A stretch of 64,000 bases of DNA. Source: Chitinophagales bacterium. Its GTDB lineage: Bacteria > Bacteroidota > Bacteroidia > Chitinophagales > JADIYW01. A program made the translations under genes and the position numbers. This document shows positions 49,940 through 59,067 of this stretch, piece by piece. A model generated the notes under the pieces. That model had not been told where the DNA came from, did no database searches, and was given only the letters and a program-made list of their open reading frames with translations. The number at the start of each line of letters is the position of its first letter. The first letter of the stretch is position 1. The stretch covers positions 279,371 to 343,370 of the forward strand of contig JAMLHI010000003.1 in the NCBI GenBank assembly GCA_023957235.1. Reading direction: 5' to 3'.

Positions 49940-51587
49940 ACTAGATAATGCTGTCAAAAAAAAGCCCTTAATATTTTCGATGCTATTCGTGTTATCTGTA
50001 TTTTTGATTTCATTGTTATATATTGGTTTTTATTATGAATCTTTTGAGTCTCTGTTCGCAGCTTTTCTAAATGGAGACCTCACTCCGGGTTTTCTTTATA
50101 ACCACTTATACTATATGGCACATCTTGGAGGGCTAGCTTCTCTATATGCACACCTTGCAAAATGGTTTCCGACTATTCCTATTATCAACTTAATCTCTTA
50201 TTTATTAATTGGAATCAGCATCTGTATTTTATCGACTATATATATAAAAACTGCTAGTAGAAATATATTAACAGGTGCTATATTAATAGCAGTTTTATGT
50301 ATAGAGAATATTGTTTTCTTAAATGCTACTAGAAGAGCTTTCCTATTTTGTTCAGTATCTAGTGTATTATTTTTTTATATATTAAAAAATCGAAAACCTG
50401 TTCTTTCTCTAATTGGTTTTTTAATTCTATTATTTTGGCTATTAGGGTTATTCACAAGAGTTGAACCTGCATTGTTTAGTTTATCAATATTGGGTTTGGT
50501 TTTATTCTTACCTATTCTCTTTAAACAAACTAGAATAAAACCTTCAAAGTATTTAATTTTTCCACTTTTCTTCATCATATCGACCTTATTAGTAAGTGTA
50601 TGGGTGACATGGAAAATTAATACAAGTCAAGATTTCTATTTACAAATTGAACCCGAATGTGAATATGAAATTATGGTTAAACAAAATATGGTTCCATCCC
50701 AATTCACTTCAATACAAGATTCATTAAGATATACAGCAATAAAAAAAGGGTTCTGGAATGATGCTAAGTTGAATGATGCAAATTATATTAAATCTTTAAT
50801 AGGTCAAAAAAGGAAAGGCATCTTCACTTCGCAAAACCTTGAATTTTACAATACACGCTTTACTTATATCTTAGATACTTCTAAAGAGCATATTCTATTT
50901 AGTGGTTTTCTGTTGTTTATATTCATTTTTAATTTCCGATATGATAAACGGAAAATACTAATAGGAGGCATTACTTTTTTATTACTTATATTATTATTGA
51001 TACTTTTTATTTCATTTCAGCTAAAAGCTCAAGATTATATAAACAATAGTATTCTTTTTTCGGCGATTACTTTTTATTGGATAGTACTACAGATGTATTT
51101 GCCACACTCCAAAACTAATAAGGAATTTATAAATATTGTCTATATAGCAATGGTTCTGTTTCTTTTCAATTTATATAACAATCAAAGCATACCTTATAAA
51201 GAAAGTCAGAAGATAGGTAAGGAGTTTATTAATTCGGATAACTTTAGAAATAATAAGACCCTTCTTTTATCAGGTGAGTATATAGAAAATATTTTAGGTG
51301 CTAATAATCCTTTAGAACACTTTAAAGTATTTCAAAAGAAAGATGTTTATATTATAGATGCTTTAGCTATTACACAAATACAGCCTTACAAGGCATATTT
51401 GGAACATACTTTGGATTGTAATGTAGCTGATTACCCTTCATTTTTTAGAGCTTTAAATCGACATGATCCGAAGGCCTTATATCTTATAAATGGAGATAGA
51501 ATTAACTTTATAAAAGAATATTTAAAAAAGGTACACGGTTATGACTTAGGTGAAGTAAAACATATAGCCCTTCCTTTAGCAGATTAA
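49932..51587 (+). CDS. Polytopic membrane protein, paralogue B
   Basis: FTRVEPALF (R-V-E) and FYLQIEPECEYEIMVKQNMVP...SLRYTAIKKGFW. It overlaps the SGNH gene by 8 nt. Confidence 0.75.
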   Translation: MNKLDNAVKKKPLIFSMLFVLSVFLISLLYIGFYYESFESLFAAFLNGDLTPGFLYNHLYYMAHLGGLASLYAHLAKWFPTIPIINLISYLLIGISICILSTIYIKTASRNILTGAILIAVLCIENIVFLNATRRAFLFCSVSSVLFFYILKNRKPVLSLIGFLILLFWLLGLFTRVEPALFSLSILGLVLFLPILFKQTRIKPSKYLIFPLFFIISTLLVSVWVTWKINTSQDFYLQIEPECEYEIMVKQNMVPSQFTSIQDSLRYTAIKKGFWNDAKLNDANYIKSLIGQKRKGIFTSQNLEFYNTRFTYILDTSKEHILFSGFLLFIFIFNFRYDKRKILIGGITFLLLILLLILFISFQLKAQDYINNSILFSAITFYWIVLQMYLPHSKTNKEFINIVYIAMVLFLFNLYNNQSIPYKESQKIGKEFINSDNFRNNKTLLLSGEYIENILGANNPLEHFKVFQKKDVYIIDALAITQIQPYKAYLEHTLDCNVADYPSFFRALNRHDPKALYLINGDRINFIKEYLKKVHGYDLGEVKHIALPLAD

Positions 51588-51591
51588 TATT

Positions 51592-51613
51592 AAGACAAGC
51601 AGGTCTTTTTATT
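51592..51613 (+). terminator. Weak terminator candidate
   Basis: AAGAC-aagcag-GTCTT followed by TTTATT. The stem is 5 bp. Confidence 0.3.
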
Positions 51614-51653
51614 AAAAGCTAATGATTATCTTTATATCAATTAGAAATTCCAC

Positions 51654-52538
51654 ATGCAACAGCTCATTTTAGATGAAAAATTAAATAAGGATTTTTTTGA
51701 AAAAGGATTTGCCAAGTTTCAACTTTTTTCAGAAGAGCAAGTTGATAAATTAAGAGGATTTTATTTTCAACATGCTTTTGTCCAAAAGAAAGAAGGCGTC
51801 TATTTTAATACTACAAGTAATAGTGGAGATATTGACCTCGTAAAAAAGACATCGCAGTATCTATTAGATAACTATTTTAGACCAGAGTTAAAAAAGCATC
51901 TTTGTAATTTCCAGTTGACTCTTTCTAATTATTTAGTAAAAGAATCCGGTAAAGATTCAGCTGTGAGTGCTCACCAAGATTGGCTACTCGTAGATGAGAG
52001 CAAACATGTGTCTTTTAATTGTTGGGTTTGTTTAGAAGATGCAAACTACAATACTGGAAATATGCAGTTTATTCCTGGTTCTCATAGGTTTCAAAACAAT
52101 ATAAGAGTTGCGCATACCGATCGTTTTTTTGATAGGATAGCAACAAATATTTCTAACTACATGATAGATATCCCCACCAAAGCAGGTGAATGCGTAGTGT
52201 TTAGTCATGCAATTGTTCATGCCTCTAGAAAGAATAAATCGGGTCATCCAAGAATAGCAGTGGTGGCTGGTGGATACACAGATGGAGCAGATTTATTATT
52301 TTATTATAGAGAAAATAAAGAGCAAGAATTAGTAGAAAAATATCTTATTCAAACAGAAGATTTATTGAATATGCAGCCAAATGAAAGGCCTCAAAACGGA
52401 AAACTTATTGAAGAACTTGTTGCAGATATTTATTATCCTTCAGACAAAGAATTCAAAGAAATGTGTCTCCAACAAATAAATCCGTCCTATATATTAAGAA
52501 ACAAACTGATTAACTTCTTTATCGGAAGTAGTAACTAA
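51654..52538 (+). CDS. PhyH-family Fe(II)/2OG oxygenase #2
   Basis: SAHQDWLLVDE, CLEDANYNTGNMQFIPGSHRF and AIVHASRKN. Confidence 0.85.
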   Translation: MQQLILDEKLNKDFFEKGFAKFQLFSEEQVDKLRGFYFQHAFVQKKEGVYFNTTSNSGDIDLVKKTSQYLLDNYFRPELKKHLCNFQLTLSNYLVKESGKDSAVSAHQDWLLVDESKHVSFNCWVCLEDANYNTGNMQFIPGSHRFQNNIRVAHTDRFFDRIATNISNYMIDIPTKAGECVVFSHAIVHASRKNKSGHPRIAVVAGGYTDGADLLFYYRENKEQELVEKYLIQTEDLLNMQPNERPQNGKLIEELVADIYYPSDKEFKEMCLQQINPSYILRNKLINFFIGSSN

Positions 52539-52551
52539 ATTATCTCTCAAA

Positions 52552-53370
52552 ATGGTATTTCACGATATAGATTATAACACAATAGACGAAAAACAGAAAC
52601 TTACTGTTTTTAAAGATATCAGTGAAGGCAATTGCTCTGGCTATGTCATTCGAAACTTCTTTGATTCAGCATTATTAGATAAACTTCGAGATATTTTTTA
52701 TCAATATCCTCATGAGTATTTTGTTCCTTATGACGGTTTTGAATCACTACCTAGACCTTTTAATTTCATCTTTAAAACAGAGCAATCCGATTGGAAGAGA
52801 GAAGCCGATTATATATATACTCAACTTGAAAAGAAAGGTATTAGTGAGGTATTTCAAAGTAGAATGAAAAAACTCGTAGGTAATACAGAATTGTTTTTTT
52901 CATCACCACAACAAGCTCATTCTTTTTCCAAATCATGGTCGTCTCTAAGAAGATTACAACCTGAAAAAGGTTATTTCGAAGTACACTGTGGACGGCTATT
53001 TCAAGATGCAAATAAAACCTTTTATAACTTTTTTAGAAATGTAGCCAATGTCGATATGCAAATGGTTTTCTTAATGATAGTTGACAGACCAGAAGATACT
53101 GTTTCAGATATAGATATTTATAGTGCAAATTGGAATGAAGTAAACGAAAAAGTGGATGCTGAATATTTAAAAGATAGGAACGGAAATGTTTTAGCATTAA
53201 AAGATATGGAAGTGGAAAGGATTCAGCTAAATGAAGGAGATATCTTATTTTTTGATGAAGGTAATTGTTGGCATGCAGTTCCTCGATTTTCAGGAAATAA
53301 AGCCAGAATGTCTTTTGGAGGATTTGTCACTCAATACAGAGAGAAAGATAAAGTTCAATTTTGGGTATAG
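52552..53370 (+). CDS. P4H-like (2OG-FeII_Oxy_3-like) oxygenase with HxG in place of HxD, copy 1
   Basis: FEVHCGRLF (His145-Cys-Gly147), a mid block (MVFLMIVDRPED), LNEGDILFFDEGNCWHAVPRF (His241) and ARMSFGGFV. Paralogue of 58102-58959. Confidence 0.6.
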   Translation: MVFHDIDYNTIDEKQKLTVFKDISEGNCSGYVIRNFFDSALLDKLRDIFYQYPHEYFVPYDGFESLPRPFNFIFKTEQSDWKREADYIYTQLEKKGISEVFQSRMKKLVGNTELFFSSPQQAHSFSKSWSSLRRLQPEKGYFEVHCGRLFQDANKTFYNFFRNVANVDMQMVFLMIVDRPEDTVSDIDIYSANWNEVNEKVDAEYLKDRNGNVLALKDMEVERIQLNEGDILFFDEGNCWHAVPRFSGNKARMSFGGFVTQYREKDKVQFWV

Positions 53371-53373
53371 ACT

Positions 53374-54252
53374 ATGTTAGACTGGTTAAAAAAAAACAAA
53401 GCTTCGATACAGAGAAATATCCCACTTCACTTTGCTGATTATTACATAAGTGATGATTTTAAAAAACAATATGTAAAAAATGGATTTGTCATCATAAAAA
53501 GCCTTATTTCTGAAGATATCATTAATGAATTAAAAGCTATTAATCAGAAGTTCTTAAAAAATTTAGATAAAGATTTTGCATATAGTACCATGATAGGTGA
53601 TGCAGATGTCAACATCGAAATCCATCATAAGACCACTCAATTAGTCCAACCGATTTTAGATACACTCTTTAAAAACTATAAGAACTATTCTTCTACTTTT
53701 TTAATCAAACCGGCTGAAAATGGTAGTGAGATGAAATTGCATCAAGACTGGTCTTTTACAGATGAAAATGAATTTTTACCCACTACTTTTTGGCTACCAT
53801 TACAAGATGTGAATGAAAAAAATGGTGCTGTATTTTTTATTAAAAAGAGCCATGCCTTTTTCAAAAACTATCGCTCACATTCACTTCCGTCAGCTAGGAT
53901 TGCTAGCAATGGAATAATAGCTCCTTATATTGAAACTGCCAACATAAAAGTCGGAGACTTGCTCCTTTTCAATCCAGCTATCTTCCACGGTTCTCACGCT
54001 AATAGTACCGAGCAACACAGGATTGCTTATACAACTACTATCATGGCTGATTCAGCAAGACTCTCTTACTTTCATTATTTAGATGCACAAAAAATACAGA
54101 TATTTCACCTAGATGAATTTGCTTTTCTAACTCAGATGAAAGAATTTAATCTGACTGGAGAATTTAGTGGAGAAAAAATACGAACCGAAAGTTATCAGCA
54201 TTCAATACCATCTGAAAAGGAAATTGTCAACTCATGTCAGTTCATTATATAA
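53374..54252 (+). CDS. PhyH-family Fe(II)/2OG oxygenase #3
   Basis: KLHQDWSFTDE, LPLQDVNEKNGAVFFIKKSH and AIFHGSHAN. Confidence 0.85.
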   Translation: MLDWLKKNKASIQRNIPLHFADYYISDDFKKQYVKNGFVIIKSLISEDIINELKAINQKFLKNLDKDFAYSTMIGDADVNIEIHHKTTQLVQPILDTLFKNYKNYSSTFLIKPAENGSEMKLHQDWSFTDENEFLPTTFWLPLQDVNEKNGAVFFIKKSHAFFKNYRSHSLPSARIASNGIIAPYIETANIKVGDLLLFNPAIFHGSHANSTEQHRIAYTTTIMADSARLSYFHYLDAQKIQIFHLDEFAFLTQMKEFNLTGEFSGEKIRTESYQHSIPSEKEIVNSCQFII

Positions 54253-55089
54253 TGGTTGAATTATTTCAATAATGTGCTGCATTGAAATATCTTCTACTTG
54301 AAAATGATAATTTTCAACAATTGGATATTTTTTTAAAAACTCATCATCTTCGAATTTTCCAGCGGAGAAAAAATCTAAATCGACTTTGTATTTTATTACT
54401 TTATCGTCTTTGAATCTGTTATAATAGAGTGTGGTTTGAGGAGGTAAGACACCGCCATGAATTACTGGTCTTGGGCTAGATGTGAAGTTTTCCCATGATC
54501 CATGAAGCATTTTATCAGCATACAGAATTAGATCTCCTTTATGAGGATAAACTGACTTGGCAAATTGCATTAGATCATTTTTCAAATATTCATAAGACCA
54601 GTCAGCAAACATTGGCCTGATATCTTTAAAAAGTTGATGACTTCCTGGTATAACATATAAAGCACCATTTTCTAGGTTAATATCTATGAGGGGAATCCAA
54701 AAATTTCTATATTGAACCATAGATTCATCAAAGACAGTAAAGTCTCTATGTAATTCACACGTACTTCCTTTAATAGGGTTTTTGGACATGAAAGAGGCTG
54801 ATAGCACCTTGTAGTCTATAAAGTGTTTTTCAAATTCAGTTTCAAGAATATGAAGTATATTTTCGGAAACTAGCTTGCTGTCTTCTAACGATAAATCACG
54901 CTGACTATTCCACTGGTTTTTACTTGTATCTATAGAGGTATGAACTCTAGAAAACTCTTTATAAAGTAGATCAACCTTCTTCTTAGATATGAAATCCTTA
55001 ATATGGATAAATCCATACTGATTAAAAAACTGTTCTTTATTCTCATCTTTTAATTTTCCTGCTGCTACCATATAGAGAAGATTTAACAA
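54232..55089 (-). CDS. PhyH-family Fe(II)/2OG oxygenase #4
   Basis: ELHRDFTVFDE, IPLIDINLENGALYVIPGSH and KMLHGSWEN. The 3' ends overlap the previous gene by 21 nt. Confidence 0.85.
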   Translation of the reverse strand: MLNLLYMVAAGKLKDENKEQFFNQYGFIHIKDFISKKKVDLLYKEFSRVHTSIDTSKNQWNSQRDLSLEDSKLVSENILHILETEFEKHFIDYKVLSASFMSKNPIKGSTCELHRDFTVFDESMVQYRNFWIPLIDINLENGALYVIPGSHQLFKDIRPMFADWSYEYLKNDLMQFAKSVYPHKGDLILYADKMLHGSWENFTSSPRPVIHGGVLPPQTTLYYNRFKDDKVIKYKVDLDFFSAGKFEDDEFLKKYPIVENYHFQVEDISMQHIIEIIQPLYNELT

Positions 55090-55160
55090 GTAAGATAAGA
55101 AAGTTTTTTAATCAAAATTGAGATTCTTATAGAAAACAATCATAGTATAATGTTACACAA

Positions 55161-55298
55161 ATGTCATGCGTAAATTGAGCGCAGTCGAAATAAGCATCTA
55201 TATGCAATACAGATTAACAATGAGACCCTTTCAGGGTGACAGAGAGGTAGTCATACGATACACTGATGACATGCTGAAAGCATCTATATGTAATACAA
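55161..55298 (+). repeat. One full (with ~20-bp insertion) plus one partial copy of the ~84-bp repeat family
   Basis: ATGTCATGC[gtaaattgagcgcagtcgaaa]TAAGCATCTATATGCAATACAGATTAACAATGAGACCCTTTCAGGGTGACAG, then linker GAGAGGTAGTCATACGATACACTG, then ATGACATGCTGAAAGCATCTATATGTAATACAA. Confidence 0.85.
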
Positions 55299-55332
55299 TC
55301 AAAAATCACAGCCATATATCCATTAAAATACT

Positions 55333-55340
55333 TAAATTTG
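55333..55340 (+). promoter_or_regulatory. Bacteroidota -7 box candidate (TAnnTTTG)
   Basis: TAAATTTG lies 22 nt upstream of the ATG at 55363. Confidence 0.35.
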
Positions 55341-55362
55341 AGAAACATCCAAAAGCAATAGA

Positions 55363-57060
55363 ATGCGACTACTAGACAGCCATGCTGAAAGTTTTTTAAA
55401 AGAAAACGGATTCTGTAAGTTTGACTTGAAGGCTAAATCTATTTTATCTCAACTAAAAGAGATATACAAAAAGCACATTCTAGAACCAGAAAACAAGCAA
55501 ATGTTCGTCACTCATAATGATGGACAAGTCGAAAAAACAACACGTATTCATCATGAAATAGCTCAAGTATTCGAACCTATTTTATTTCAATTTTGGGAGG
55601 ATTATGAAATATACGCAGCCCATTTCGTTGTTAAAAAAGCGAAGAGCGAAGAGAGTTTTCAGCTACATCAAGATTGGAGTAATGTAGAGGAAACTATAGA
55701 GCGAAGTGTACAGATTTGGCTGCCTTTAGATTTGAGCTATCCTGAAAATGGAGGCATGGGATTTATTCCCAAAAGTCATCTTTTCTTTAATAACTATAGG
55801 TCAGGATCTTATAGTATTCCCAGAGTAGAGGTCGAAGAAAAACTCTATCCCTATATCTCTTATACTAGACTTTTTCCCGGGGAAGCTAACTTTTTCTACA
55901 CGAGTACTTTTCACTGTTCTTTTATCAACTCTACAGATGAAGATAGAGTAGCAGTTTTACTCAATATCATACCCAAAAATCAGCAAACACTCTATTTTCA
56001 CAAAAATGGAGATGAAGTAGAAAAATATAAAATGTCCACTCGACAACTTTATGAGCGTTTACATCTATTAGAGAAAGGAGAAGCTCCTGCAGGTTTGGAT
56101 TTAGTAGAAAAAATAGAAAATGTTCAGGATGACAACGTCCAAATAGATGCGAATACACTCATCCATCATCTAACCAAAGAAAATTCAAAAAGAGGTTTAC
56201 CAGCAGATTATGAACTCAAAATGTATTCTGTAATTAGAGATGAAAACTTAGAAAAAGAAATTAATCATAGAGGGTATAAGGTCATAGATTTTCTTACAGA
56301 AAAGGAAAGAAATGAAATTTTGAAACTATTCCCTAAGTTCTTTCCAGATAGAACTATATTCAAAGGTCGATACTCTAGTATGGATCATTTACCCGCTGAA
56401 AAAACTTTAGAAGTTCATCAAGAAATTCAAAAAATCATTCGACCTAGAATAGAACACTTTTTTAAAGATGCGTATAGCCCTATTAGTATCTTATACTCAA
56501 AAAAGCCAGATGGAGTATTGGATATAGACTGGCATAGCGACCCATCTTTTTTGTTAAATGAACAACTTGAACCACTTTATGGTATATGGTGTGCGCTTTA
56601 TGATATTGGAGAAAAAGAAGGGTCACTCATGGTAGTTCCTGGCTCACATAGGTTTATCAAAAGACTGAATGGCACCTCTGTCACATGGCAAACTCCTCTG
56701 TCAGAATTATTAAGAGAATTAGATCAATATGGTATTCAGCCACCTTTAAAAGCAGGTCAAGCCATTTTATACGATACAAGAATCATACATAATTCTACAC
56801 CTAATCATTCTTCAATTGACAGAGATTGTACTGTCATGAGAATTACTCATGATCGGACTCAAGATTTCTTTCACATATTAATGGATAAAGAAAATTCCAA
56901 TAAAGGTTTTGTACACAGAAATACTTCTGACTTTTTCTTCGGAAATACAGCAAAACACCATCAGGGAGAAATTGAATATAAAAATCTAGAAGGCGAAATG
57001 TATTTCTTTGATTATCCAATGACTAAAGAAATCATTAAACAATATTTCAATAGGTTTTGA
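55363..57060 (+). CDS. Tandem di-domain PhyH-PhyH Fe(II)/2OG oxygenase (PhyH #5 and #6 fused)
   Basis: - N-terminal domain: QLHQDWSNVEE, LPLDLSYPENGGMGFIPKSH and TFHCSFIN.
- C-terminal domain: IDWHSDPSF, ALYDIGEKEGSLMVVPGSHRF and RIIHNSTPN. Confidence 0.85.
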   Translation: MRLLDSHAESFLKENGFCKFDLKAKSILSQLKEIYKKHILEPENKQMFVTHNDGQVEKTTRIHHEIAQVFEPILFQFWEDYEIYAAHFVVKKAKSEESFQLHQDWSNVEETIERSVQIWLPLDLSYPENGGMGFIPKSHLFFNNYRSGSYSIPRVEVEEKLYPYISYTRLFPGEANFFYTSTFHCSFINSTDEDRVAVLLNIIPKNQQTLYFHKNGDEVEKYKMSTRQLYERLHLLEKGEAPAGLDLVEKIENVQDDNVQIDANTLIHHLTKENSKRGLPADYELKMYSVIRDENLEKEINHRGYKVIDFLTEKERNEILKLFPKFFPDRTIFKGRYSSMDHLPAEKTLEVHQEIQKIIRPRIEHFFKDAYSPISILYSKKPDGVLDIDWHSDPSFLLNEQLEPLYGIWCALYDIGEKEGSLMVVPGSHRFIKRLNGTSVTWQTPLSELLRELDQYGIQPPLKAGQAILYDTRIIHNSTPNHSSIDRDCTVMRITHDRTQDFFHILMDKENSNKGFVHRNTSDFFFGNTAKHHQGEIEYKNLEGEMYFFDYPMTKEIIKQYFNRF

Positions 57061-57079
57061 CAATAGAAAGCTTTATCCA

Positions 57080-58012
57080 CTAACTAATATTCTTTTGATA
57101 CAGCTCTTTTGTAATATCCTTTTTCAAGACATTTGAATCTAATAAGTTTCTATAAAACCATAAATAATAGTGAGTAGGCAAAGTCTTTCTATATGCTGGA
57201 TACTTACTAAATGGTAATGATTTAAAATACCTAAAATCCTCTTCAGGAAAAATATTTTCAGAATATTGTATTGGAATAAGCGTTTTCTTTTGATATAAGA
57301 TTTTACTATCCAAAAAAACAAGAGACAAGTCATTAAAATCATTATCCTTTACTCTTCTACTAAGTTGCCCCTCACTTAAAGGAAGGTTTGTCTTTGTATC
57401 AATAGGCCCTAAAAAGCCATTCTGAAAATCTATTCCGAGTGTATAAGATATTCCATTCTCTTCATATCTCACCCCACTAATTACATGATCAAAAGAATAA
57501 CTGAAGTTTAATAGAGTGGTAGATTTAATAGACTTAATGTTTTTAATCAATATACTATTAGAAAGCTCACTAATTTCAGCACAAAGCGGAGACCAATAAC
57601 CATATTGTATTAATTTTTTCTTTATAAAAAAGGGAAGCCTTTTATAATAATCAGGAGGGGTTGTAACTATAAATTCCTCTGTATATAGTAAAAATAATTC
57701 TTCTAGCTCATTTTGTAAACTATCTAGAACACAATTGGGTTTTGTAAAAACAAATTGATTATCAGCTTTTTTCTCATAATATATTTTAGTATTAAAAGTA
57801 TCCGTATGATTAAATACTTGTAATGCTTTAGTCTGTATGCCATCAGATATATTATTTGTATCTATCCCTAGTTTTTCAAAATAGTTATATAAATCATTTT
57901 CATCAAATTGTAGTATCTGAAATTTTATAGGCTTCAGATATAAAAAAGAATAGACAATTAATACGCATAGTATCAATAGACTCAACTTAAGCAATACTCT
58001 TTTAACATCCAT
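57080..58012 (-). CDS. Hypothetical protein with N-terminal membrane anchor
   Basis: 310-aa ORF with a hydrophobic LLKLSLLILCVLIVYSFLYL. No motif was recognised. Confidence 0.5.
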   Translation of the reverse strand: MDVKRVLLKLSLLILCVLIVYSFLYLKPIKFQILQFDENDLYNYFEKLGIDTNNISDGIQTKALQVFNHTDTFNTKIYYEKKADNQFVFTKPNCVLDSLQNELEELFLLYTEEFIVTTPPDYYKRLPFFIKKKLIQYGYWSPLCAEISELSNSILIKNIKSIKSTTLLNFSYSFDHVISGVRYEENGISYTLGIDFQNGFLGPIDTKTNLPLSEGQLSRRVKDNDFNDLSLVFLDSKILYQKKTLIPIQYSENIFPEEDFRYFKSLPFSKYPAYRKTLPTHYYLWFYRNLLDSNVLKKDITKELYQKNIS

Positions 58013-58101
58013 AATTAGACAGTCTTAAAATAAAGATCTTATAAATATACAAACTAAATAAAATTATGATTAGTTTAGTAATATTATCTAAGTAAGTTAA
58101 A

Positions 58102-58959
58102 ATGAGCACACAAAAAGGGAAAACTATTATCGGTGATGATAGATTTTATGATATTATAGAATTAGATTATCAAGACGCTATACAACAAGGTGATATAATA
58201 TCAAAAATTCATGCGTGGGATATTCAGGGAGCTGTAATAAAAAATGTTTTATCAGAAAGTGAAGTCAATGAGGTTATACAAAACATGGCAAAAATACCTA
58301 CAGAAGCTATACTTCATACTGATACAGGCACATCTTTCCCAGATCCATTTGCAACAATTACGAATGGCGGAGAAAGATTAGATAATTATATCAACAAAAA
58401 AAACATACTCTACAGTTTACCTTTCACCAATTTACTTGAAAAAATCGATGCGTTCTTCTCAAGTATAGAAACTAAAATAAAATCTGAAGTCCCAGAACTA
58501 AAAACTAGAAGTACTCCTGCTGTACCTGGTAATTTTAGAGTATTACCAGAAGAAAAAGGCGGCTTATTTGTTCACTGCGGTTATTTGTTTCAAAAAAAAT
58601 CCCCTTTTTATTATGAAGTAGTCAGCGATATGGTCAAAGAAGGGCAATTAAGTTACTTTATGGTTCTACAAAATGCAGATGAGGGTGGGGAGTTAACTCT
58701 TTATGATATGCTTTGGAAAGACATCCAGGACAAAGATAATTTTATTGAAAACAGATATGTTCTCCAACCTAATGGGGAAAAGCTTTATTTGAAGGATGTC
58801 CGACAGTTTTATATCAAGCCCAATCCAGGCGATATTTTCATATTTTCCGGAGGACCTATTTGGCACAGAGTTGAACCTGTTAAAGGTCAAGATAGAATTA
58901 CGTTTGGAGGCTTTGTGAATTTCTCGGCTGATTCTAAAACTTGTTATTACTGGTCATGA
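58102..58959 (+). CDS. P4H-like oxygenase with HxG in place of HxD, copy 2
   Basis: LFVHCGYLF (His158-Cys-Gly160), FMVLQNADEGGELTLYD, PNPGDIFIFSGGPIWHRVEPV (His255) and DRITFGGFV. Confidence 0.65.
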   Translation: MSTQKGKTIIGDDRFYDIIELDYQDAIQQGDIISKIHAWDIQGAVIKNVLSESEVNEVIQNMAKIPTEAILHTDTGTSFPDPFATITNGGERLDNYINKKNILYSLPFTNLLEKIDAFFSSIETKIKSEVPELKTRSTPAVPGNFRVLPEEKGGLFVHCGYLFQKKSPFYYEVVSDMVKEGQLSYFMVLQNADEGGELTLYDMLWKDIQDKDNFIENRYVLQPNGEKLYLKDVRQFYIKPNPGDIFIFSGGPIWHRVEPVKGQDRITFGGFVNFSADSKTCYYWS

Positions 58960-59067
58960 TATTGCTAAACAACTATATCAAATATTTTTGTTAATAAGAG
59001 AGATTCTAGATACGGCATTCGTTTCCTTTATAATTCAAGATTTGTTACTTTTTTCACATTATCTTAA

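Noticed and set aside
55166-55375. 69-aa ORF (MRKLSAVEISIYMQYRLTMRPFQGD...) listed in the ORF track.
   Set aside because: It is composed almost entirely of the intergenic repeat element sequence, and equivalent repeat copies elsewhere are not open in this frame.
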